From contig JAUCBJ010008604.1 in the NCBI GenBank assembly GCA_032718475.1, forward strand, positions 15,438-79,437: DNA of 64,000 nt, read 5' to 3'. The position numbers were made by a program, and so were the translations under genes. Of the stretch, positions 12,712 through 22,300 are shown piece by piece; the stretch's first letter is position 1; the number at the start of each line of letters is the position of its first letter. This DNA comes from Nemertoderma westbladi. Lineage: Eukaryota > Animalia > Xenacoelomorpha. The notes under the pieces were generated by a model. The model saw only the letters and a program-made list of their open reading frames with translations. It did no database searches and was not told the origin of the DNA.

Positions 12712-13712
12712 TTACGATAAACTGGAACCGAACACAATTGTTCCCGAACAATAAGGACAATCCACGTAAAGAGTCTTATTACAAGTAGCGATACCACTAG
12801 TGTCTTGAAAGCTCTCGGTCAAACAGTATTTGTGGTAAACTTGACCACATCTTTCGGTGCTGGGGCAGGGAACTAAAGGAATCTCGTCCCCCAATTCGTG
12901 AGTGTAGCACAAACCGCACTCCTGGAACACCTCGCCAACTAATTCCCCTTTCTGCGGAATACGAGTTTCGAGAATGAGTTCCATGTTTCCCAGCAGGGAG
13001 TGATCGCTGTCCCATAGATCCATGTTTCTTGTGAATATTTGTTGGTAGGCGTTCGCTGCCTTTGTGTCAAATCCGGCAAAGGTACAAACCGGAATATTCC
13101 ACGGTTTATTGGGATCAATCTCGAGTTTCAGTGTGACACCACTGTTTATAGATATTGTCCGGTAGTTGTCTTGTTTAGTTGGGTTTTTTGGCTCTATGAC
13201 GCAACACTCCTGGTCTAGCTCTGAAAACACTAGCAAAGCGTCGTTAAATTTGGAGACGGCAGTTTGAAAATGAGAATAAATTGCTTTGATAGAGGGGTCT
13301 TTTAATTCTGATAGGTCTAACGGAGAAGCCAGACTGTCTGATAGACACAATGCGGTCTCTAAACAAGGGTCGTTGATGGAAACAGTCAGTATGTGATCGC
13401 CCTGTTCCCCATTTTCCGACGGTGCCCTGAGTACGATAAAATGCAAATCACCGGACACTGAATGAATGGAAGTTTTTAATTCCATCAAGTCTTGAGACAA
13501 TTTCTCATAAAAAGCGGCAATTTTAAGGAAGGCATCGCCCAGCTGCATAGAGCCCTGAGAATTATCCACTAACTTCGTAGCCCACATTCCTAACGTATCA
13601 CACCATGGCCACTGAGGAGTATCGTTGTCGACCTCAAAACGTTTCCGCCACTCTAAAAACTCCATCATTCCAGCACTCAGAAAGTCAACAATGTACTCTG
13701 CAGTTCTGGTAC
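12712..13712 (-). CDS. FANCL: E3 ubiquitin ligase FANCL, main coding exon (DRWD + RING)
   Basis: ELDQECCVIEPKNPT, LEIDPNKP, WDSDHSLLGNMELILE, and RING ECGLCY...CGQVYHKYCL...DCPYCS match the FANCL pattern. The frame stays open 14 codons upstream of ATG 13668 to an AG acceptor at 13714-13713. Confidence 0.88.
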
Positions 13713-15040
13713 CTATCAGTAATCAGTACACAACCAGACAACCGTGTAGGCAGGTACGGACTTCAGTAAAGGATTATGCTATGCTAAGTCAGACAAGTCC
13801 CTAAAAGGTGCCACCCTGCTCCATAGCGCGGGAAATTCAAATGATTGAAAGACATGTTATTTGTACTGGAAAGGGTGCCAGATCAGATCTGCCACCTATA
13901 TATTGGCGGTAAATTCAAATCTGTTTTAACATTGAATACATGAATAGAGTAAGACCAATCTGCCAATGTAATTCATTGAATCAGAATAAATTATTTATTA
14001 TCGGTTTAACTCACTCATCCGTTAACGTTGTTGATTTATCTATTCTGGGACTTCGAGCAGCACGTGAACAACTAAACCAGCACGCTAACTACCGGTAGTC
14101 TGGGGCTTCGAGCACCACGCGAAACAACTAAACTGGCTGGTTACCTAGTCTGGGACTTTGAGCAGCACGTGAACAACTAAACCAGCACGTTAACTTGTCT
14201 GGGGCTTCGAGGGGCACGCGAACAACTAAACTGCTGGTTACCTAGTCTGGGACTCCGAGCAGCACGTGAACAACTAAACCTGCACGTTAACTAGTCTGGG
14301 ACTTCGAGCAGCACGTGAAAAACTAAGCTGACTGGTTAACTAGTCTGGGATTTCGAGCAGCACGTGTATAACTAAGCTATGACTGGTTAACTAGTCTGGT
14401 ACATGTCTGGGACAGATATAGCAGTATAGGCAGAAGCATTATACACCTATTGTTATTACAGTAGTAGGCTTACCTGCGATATATTTTACTATCAGTTCCC
14501 TGCTATATTGTTATAATTATAATGTTCTGATGTAATTAAAACTGATACAAGCAAATAATAAATGTTCTTTACATTTTACTGATAGAAGTTAAGCCAAATC
14601 CCCCGATTCCCCCCCCCCCCCCCCCCCCCCCCCTCCTCAATTTGCAATTTTGCTCGAAGTCCCAGACTAGTTAACCAGTCAGCTTAGTTGTTCACGTGCT
14701 GCTCGAAGTCCCAGAATAGATAAAACAACAACAATAACGGATGAGTGAGTTAAACCGATAAGAAATAATTTATTCTGATTCAATGAATTACATTAGTCTT
14801 ACTCTTATTCATGTATTCAATGTTAAAACAGATTTGAATTTACCGCCAAAATATAGGTAGCAGATCTGATCTGCCACCCTTTCCAGTACAAATTACATGT
14901 CTTTCAATCATTTGAATTTCCCGCGCTACGGAGCTGGGTGGCACCTTTTAGGGACTTGTCTGACTTAGCATAGCATAATCCTTTACTGAAGTCCGTACCT
15001 GCCTACGTTGTCTGGTTGTGTACTGATTACTGATAGGTAC
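13709..15040. mobile_element. 1.3-kb palindromic (foldback) element at a GTAC site
   Basis: 13709-~14075 is a near-perfect reverse complement of ~14685-15040. Ends read GTAC-CTATCAG...CTGATAG-GTAC (TA or GTAC duplication). Internal ~50-bp tandem repeat and poly-C. Confidence 0.85.
14044..14400 (+). repeat. ~50-bp tandem repeat, about 7 copies (tctgggacttcgagcagcacgtgaacaactaa...)
   Basis: Units are directly visible; about 1.5 inverted copies occur at 14651-14715. Confidence 0.85.
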
Positions 15041-15170
15041 TCCGAACCGAAAGGAATTGGTCACCTTATCAGATATTCCTCAACAGTTATCTTGCCGGTA
15101 CGAAGGCAACTGATGAGATACTGTACTTAGGATCAATATGTTGACAATTATGGTGTGGACTATGAGGGAC

Positions 15171-15297
15171 CCATTAGATAACCCTCTACTGGAACGTTAC
15201 CACCATCGCACCAAGAGTTCGAAAATAGATTTGGAAACATTGAAGTAAATGACTTCGGATTCGGAATCCAATCATATATTGATTGTAGAGAATTCAT
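15171..15297 (-). CDS. FANCL: Probable FANCL coding exon 1 (start of ELF domain)
   Basis: MNSLQ...SMFPNLF...VEGYLM resembles the FANCL N-terminus (recalled human CPLLLP...YEGFI). Three possible phase-1 donors (exon ends 15201, 15183 or 15171) all join in frame to 13712. Exact donor unknown. Confidence 0.5.
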
Positions 15298-17529
15298 ACC
15301 ATCTAAAATATAATTCAAACTAAAATGGACCAATATTGAAAAAATTCGGACACTGTATAATATTCTATTGCTAAATAGGAATATTGCCACATCATATAGA
15401 CTATAAAAATATATGGCCCGGGGTGGCCCCGCAGTTACTACTGTATATGGAGGGGAAGTACACTTTAGTTTTATTTCAACATTTACGATATATTCACATT
15501 AAATATTTCCAAAGTTCATTCCCCCATCGAATGAGGTGTCCGCAGGTACCGCGTAAATTCGCTGTGTAGGCCTACTCATTGCGTACAGTCGGTACCGTTA
15601 CTGTGCAGTCGCACGTTGCCGCAGTTGCAAACTGACTATTGTTAGGATGATAGGTAATCATTACGGGTTCAGTTTGGGTGGTCGGCAATGATTGTAGTCC
15701 GGTGACGAATTGTAGCTTTCGTTGTAAAACCGATACCCACCGTTGACGCTCATCTATTAATAGTCAATGTAGAAAAATAGGTAATATAAAATTTGAATTA
15801 TATAATAAATAACAGGGATGGAATAACGAAACGAAAACGAAACGAAGGATATTTGGTTATCTCATCTGTAAGTCGGACACCCATATCAAAGCTTTCAGTG
15901 TTGAATCGAATCTACATATTTAGCCTGTTTCGCGCACTTCTGTGTAAACTACACTCCAGGTAAACCTAAAGAAGACGGGAATAATCAAGTTTCGTCGCGG
16001 TTGTAGACTATGTAAAGATGACAAATTCAACTTACGGTACGGTACATACCGTACGGTTACGGTTACGGTACTGTACGGTATTATTCTTTGTGTATAAAAT
16101 TTTGTTAAATTTTTAAATACAGTTTTTATGTTTAATTAATTGTCGTACTATCTTTTAAGGTTACTTTGCACGTTTTATTTCACCGCATTATTTGTCCTAT
16201 TGAGCAATATGTTTGCTTATAGCCCACATGTTTGCCTATATATTGTATGTTGTTAATGCCCTTGCGTATTTTAATTATTTTTATTTGAAACTAAGTATGC
16301 TTTGCCGGTTTTTTAATATCAATTTTTTTAAATCTCATTTTAATATAATTCAATTATTTTTACTTAATAATTAATATGCATCAACTGTTTATGTAAGTAC
16401 AGAAGTACTGTAAATTAGTAATTAACTACAATTTTAATTATTTTACTAATTCTACTGTAGTTAGTCATTGTGTGTGTATACCATTACCTGTATTTTTATT
16501 ATAACAGTACGAGTAGGCCTACATACACGCTTATTAGCATACTTTGCCAGATATGTTCATAATTGTCATTCTACTGTATATGTGCAAAATTTAATATTTT
16601 ATTGTTATTCTGGCGATATTAATAACATAACATTAATAACATAACATAACTATGACGGTGAAGCATAGTTAAAATCGTTAACTGCTATTCCTACCTCGGC
16701 GTAACTTTTCAAAGTTAAAAAGTCGACCGAGAAGTGAAATCCTGGTATTCTTCACATGGATCTCCATTCACAGCATTAGAAACCCAAGAATGCTATCGCT
16801 TAGAACAGCTCTAAGAATATTTCAAATTAAGATCTTACCAATAATCACGTAATCTAAACATGATTTGGCCCAATCTAAACTGTTAGTCAACAGGATATAC
16901 AAAGTTAAATCCTTCTTCTTGAAGAAAACAGACAAACTGAAGAAAAGAAAATCACACCTTTAACATTAATGCATACTGCTTTTCAAATTATTGGACATCT
17001 GAAACTACTCAAGTAGGCCTACAGTAGATATGTTTTTATGACTAACGAGATACCGGTATAATTTTATTTCATATAACTTTCTTTCGTTACGATCAAGAGT
17101 TACGATCACAAACAACTCCCGCAAGCTAAAGTACAGTATGAGTATAGGTATAGATACATAGGTAGTATATTATATAAAAACAATAACAAAAACAATATCT
17201 CTCTCTCTCCTACAATGCCATACCCCAAAGATTGTTTACATACAGTATATCTCACATATAATAAGTCCTCCAGTCTGCCATCAGCTGTGCAGTGAGCAGT
17301 GCTAGTGCACGTGCAGGCTTGCATGTTTTATTTATTATGTGCAAGTACTGAAGTAAGCCTACGTAATACAGTAATAGGAACAATTAGTTGTGTAGCGCCT
17401 ACTGTGTAGTGTTGTACCGACAACCGGTACCGGTATTGCAGTATTGGGTAGCAGTATATAGGCCTATTTCATTACACTGTAGCACTACTGCATTTCAATA
17501 GTTAGAGTGAGCTGGTAAGATACTAAGAT

Positions 17530-18243
17530 ATGGATTTGAGACCAAACCATACCGTTTATATTAACAATCTCAATGAGAAAATCAAAAAGGATGAACTACG
17601 AAAGTCATTATACGCTATTTTCTCACAATTCGGGCAGATTTTAGATATCGTTGCCTTGAAATCTTTAAAGATGCGAGGCCAGGCGTTTGTCATATTTAAG
17701 GAGATTAACAGCGCCACAAACGCACTGCAGTCAATGCAAGGGTTCCCTTTCTACGACAAGCCAATGAGAATTCAATATTCTAAATTAGATTCCTATGTAA
17801 TACAGAAACTTAAGGGAACTTACAACGAAGACAGTCAAAAGCTGAGAGTTAAGGAGGATAGAAAAGATAAAAAGAAGAAGAAAACTAAAGAATCCGGAGC
17901 GACTAAGGTTGTGCCACCGCCGGTGCAGTTACCGGTGATGCCGCCGGCAATGTCCCCGATGATGAATCGAGTTCTCGGCCCTATTCAACAGCCCCCGCAG
18001 GAGAACGCTCCCAACCAGGTCCTGTTCCTCACCAACCTTCCCGGGGAGACCAACGACATGATGTTACAGATGTTGTTCAACCAGTTCCAGGGATTCCGTG
18101 AGGTCCGTATGATTGCTGGCCGTTCCGACATCGCGTTCGTCGACTTCGAGTCGGACAGCCAGGCCGCTATCGCGAAGGACGCCCTTCAGGGATTCAAAAT
18201 CTCCCCCACTAACGCAATGAAGATCAGCTTCGCTAAGAAATGA
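17530..18243 (+). CDS. SNRPA: U1A/U2B''/SNF family spliceosomal RRM protein, intronless CDS
   Basis: [54 protein letters not shown], second RRM ending AMKISFAKK. The specificity loop [12 protein letters not shown] looks SNF-like, so SNRPA vs SNRPB2 is not separable. Confidence 0.95.
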   Translation: MDLRPNHTVYINNLNEKIKKDELRKSLYAIFSQFGQILDIVALKSLKMRGQAFVIFKEINSATNALQSMQGFPFYDKPMRIQYSKLDSYVIQKLKGTYNEDSQKLRVKEDRKDKKKKKTKESGATKVVPPPVQLPVMPPAMSPMMNRVLGPIQQPPQENAPNQVLFLTNLPGETNDMMLQMLFNQFQGFREVRMIAGRSDIAFVDFESDSQAAIAKDALQGFKISPTNAMKISFAKK

Positions 18244-19349
18244 GTCGCAAAACGGGTACAAGGGACTGTTGCGGGCTACTAATTGACTTGAGGTATATAG
18301 GCCTCAAGTCAATTAATTAGTGCGTTTTGACAACAGGAAGCGAATGAGGGAGATCCCTATATACTTGGTTGTCAATCATCTACTACAAGATATTAATGTA
18401 TTACAATTCTCCATGTAAAGTGTGTTGATAACGTTTTACCGTTATGAACATTAAGGGGAGGAGGGGGTTTCTCACAAAGATAAAAATAACTCGAAAGAGG
18501 AAAGCAATTAGTCTACATTTATTGCGCCCCATTTTATGTTTATTTGTTTGTTTGTTTATTTACAGAAGCGAGGTCAATTGTATTTTTAGTCTGAATAAAG
18601 CGCCATTTTGTTTTATTTTATATTTATAATTATTACAGTTCAGAATATTCTCCACTAAACAATCAACCTTTCTATTATTCTGATCTACTAAGGACCGATC
18701 TTTTACCGAAATATTTTAATTTATAATATAAAGTATTTAGTAATTAGGAAGTTATTTTCCCAGTAGCCAACCCAAACCAATGCTAAATATCAGGGTTATA
18801 ATAATAAGTACAGCACAGGGATTAAAATGTTTAGGTTTGTTAAAAAATATGACAAAAATATGGACAGGTTTGCTGTGGTCGTGATGGGTTAAGATATTAT
18901 TGATATTAAATAAACGAAATACTGCTGCTGAAACGAATGACATTGCAGTTGTGTATCATATTACTGATTAGCTCGTCTGTCCTCATCCTGTTAGTCACCC
19001 CCTGCTGGTCACGCACAAACCAACATTGGCTTGTAACCCAAACCCTGCCATAATTTAAGCCATTTGGCCATCGGGCCGTGTTGGGCATAATGTCATGTCG
19101 TATTTCCCATATAGTAATACGAAATTTATAATCATTTATTGATACAATTTGTATTGATGGTACAATTATATTATTTAAAAGGCCCCATTATTCCCTCACC
19201 TAATAATACCTGTAATGCGGTATTCTTTTTACAATGTGAGCCCTTTAAAAACCCCGATTGAGCTCGTGTATTAGTTATCCACAATAGGGTTGGTGGGCAA
19301 AAAAATTATTGGGCTAGAAACAATTGAAAATAACGTGGTAATAAGCCCT

Positions 19350-22300
19350 GAATCGAGTTGCGGGGTGTGTTTTTTGTATCGAGTTGCGGGGTGTGTTTTT
19401 TGTATCGAGTTGCGGGGTGTGTTTTTTGTATCGAGTTGCGGGGTGTGTTTTTTGTATCGAGTTGCGGGGTGTGTTTGTTGTATCGAGTTGCGGGGTGTGT
19501 TTTTTGTATCGAGTTGCGGGGTGTGTTTTTTGTATCGAGTTGCGGGGTGTGTTTTTTGTATCGAGTTGCGGGGTGTGTTTTTTGTATCGAGTTGCGGGGT
19601 GTGTTTTTTGTATCGAGTTGCGGGGTGTGTTTGTTGTATCGAGTTGCGGGGTGTGTTTTTTGTATCGAGTTGCGGGGTGTGTTTTTTGTATCGAGTTGCG
19701 GGGTGTGTTTTTTGTATCGAGTTGCGGGGTGTGTTTTTTGTATCGAGTTGCGGGGTGTGTTTTTTGTATCGAGTTGCGGGGTGTGTTTTTTGAATCGAGT
19801 TGCGGGGTGCGTTTTTTGTATCGAGTTGCGGGGTGTGTTTTTTGTATCGAGTTGCGGGGTGTGTTTTTTGTATCGAGTTGCGGGATGTGTTTTTTGTATC
19901 GAGTTGCGGGGTGTGTTTTTTGTATCGAGTTGCGGGGTGTGTTTTTTGTATCGAGTTGCGGGGTGTGTTTTTTGTATCGAGTTGCGGGGTGTGTTTTTTG
20001 TATCGAGTTGCGGGGTGTGTGTTTTTTGTATCGAGTTGCGGGGTGTGTTTTTTGTATCGAGTTGCGGGGTGTGTTTTTTGAATCGAGTTGCGGGGTGCGT
20101 TTTTTGTATCGAGTTGCGGGGTGTGTTTTTTGTATCGAGTTGCGGGGTGTGTTTTTTGTATCGAGTTGCGGGGTGTGTTTTTTGTATCGAGTTGCGGGGT
20201 GTGTTTTTTGTATCGAGTTGCGGGGTGTGTTTGTTGTATCGAGTTGCGGGGTGTGTTTTTTGTATCGAGTTGCGGGGTGTGTTTTTTGTATCGAGTTGCG
20301 GGGTGTGTTTTTTGTATCGAGTTGCGGGGTGTGTTTTTTGTATCGAGTTGCGGGGTGTGTTTTTTGAATCGAGTTGCGGGGTGCGTTTTTTGTATCGAGT
20401 TGCGGGGTGTGTTTTTTGTATCGAGTTGCGGGGTGTGTTTTTTGTATCGAGTTGCGGGATGTGTTTTTTGTATCGAGTTGCGGGGTGTGTTTTTTGTATC
20501 GAGTTGCGGGGTGTGTTTTTTGTATCGAGTTGCGGGGTGTGTTTTTTGTATCGAGTTGCGGGGTGTGTTTTTTGTATCGAGTTGCGGGGTGTGTGTTTTT
20601 TGTATCGAGTTGCGTGGTGTGTTTGTTGTATCGAGTTGCGGGGTGTGTTTTTTGTATCGAGTTGCGGGGTGTGTTTTTTGTATCGAGTTGCGGGGTGTGT
20701 TTTTTGTATCGAGTTGCGGGGTGTGTTTTTTCTATCGAGTTGTGGGGTGTGTTTTTTGTATCGAGTTGCGGGGTGTGTTTTTTGTATCGAGTTGCGGGGT
20801 GTGTTTTTTGTGTCGAGTTGCGGGGTGTGTTTTTTGTATCGAGTTGCGGGGTGTGTTTTTTGTATCGAGTTGCGGGGTGTGTTTTTTGTATCGAGTTGCG
20901 GGGTGTATTTTTTGTATCGAGTTGCGGGGTGTGTTTTTTGTATCGAGTTGCGGGGTGTGTTTTTTGTATCGAGTTGCGGGGTGTGTTTTTTGAATCGAGT
21001 TGCGGGGTGCGTTTTTTGTATAGAGTTGCGGGGTGTGTTTTTTGTATCGAGTTGCGGGGTGTGTTTTTTGTGTCGAGTTGCGGGGTGTGTTTTTTGTGTC
21101 GAGTTGCGGGGTGTGTTTTTTGTATCGAGTTGCGGGGTGTGTTTTTTGTATCGAGTTGAGGGGTGTGTTTTTTGTATCGAGTTGCGGGGTGTGTTTTTTG
21201 TATCGAGTTGCGGGGTGTGTTTTTTGTATCGAGTTGCGGGGTGTGTTTTTTGTATCGAGTTGCGGGGTGTGTTTTTTTGTATCGAGTTGCGGGGTGTGTT
21301 TTTTGTATCGAGTTGCGGGGTGTGTTTTTTGTATCGAGTTGCGGGGTGTGTTTTTTGTATCGAGTTGCGGGGTGTGTTTTTTGTATCGAGTTGCGGGGTG
21401 TGTTTTTTGTATCGAGTTGCGGGGTGTGTTTTTTGTATCGAGTTGCGGGGTGTGTTTTTTGTATCGAGTTGCGGGGTGTGTTTTTTGTATCGAGTTGCGG
21501 GGTGTGTTTTTTGTATCGAGTTGCGGGGTGTGTTTTTTGTGTCGAGTTGCGGGGTGTGTTTTTTGTGTCGAGTTGCGGGGTGTGTTTTTTGTATCGAGTT
21601 GCGGGGTGTGTTTTTTGTATCGAGTTGAGGGGTGTGTTTTTTGTATCGAGTTGAGGGGTGTGTTTTTTGTATCGAGTTGCGGGGTGTGTTTTTTGTATCG
21701 AGTTGCGGGGTGTGTTTTTTGTATCGAGTTGCGGGGTGTGTTTTTTGTGTCGAGTTGCGGGGTGTGTTTTTTGTATCGAGTTGCGGGGTGTGTTTTTTGT
21801 ATCGAGTTGCGGGGTGTGTTTTTTGTATCGAGTTGCGGGGTGTGTTTTTTGTATCGAGTTGCGGGGTGTGTTTTTTGTATCGAGTTGCGGGGTGTGTTTT
21901 TTGTATCGAGTTGCGGGGTGTGTTTTTTGTATCGAGTTGCGGGGTGTGTTTTTTGTATCGAGTTGCGGGGTGTGTTTTTTGTATCGAGTTGCGGGGTGTG
22001 TTTTTTGTATCGAGTTGCGGGGTGTGTTTTTTGTATCGAGTTGCGGGGTGTGTTTTTTGTATCGAGTTGCGGGGTGTGTTTTTTGTATCGAGTTGCGGGG
22101 TGTGTTTTTTGTATCGAGTTGCGGGGTGTGTTTTTTGTATCGAGTTGCGGGGTGTGTTTTTTGTATCGAGTTGCGGGGTGTGTTTTTTGTATCGAGTTGC
22201 GGGGTGTGTTTTTTGTATCGAGTTGCGGGGTGTGTTTTTTGTATCGAGTTGCGGGGTGTGTTTTTTGTATCGAGTTGCGGGGTGTGTTTTTTGTATCGAG

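Noticed and set aside
18791-19350. Possible hAT MITE (CAGGGTTAT...ATAAGCCCTG) abutting the satellite
   Set aside because: The TIR match is short and no 8-bp TSD is present, so it is not called as a feature.
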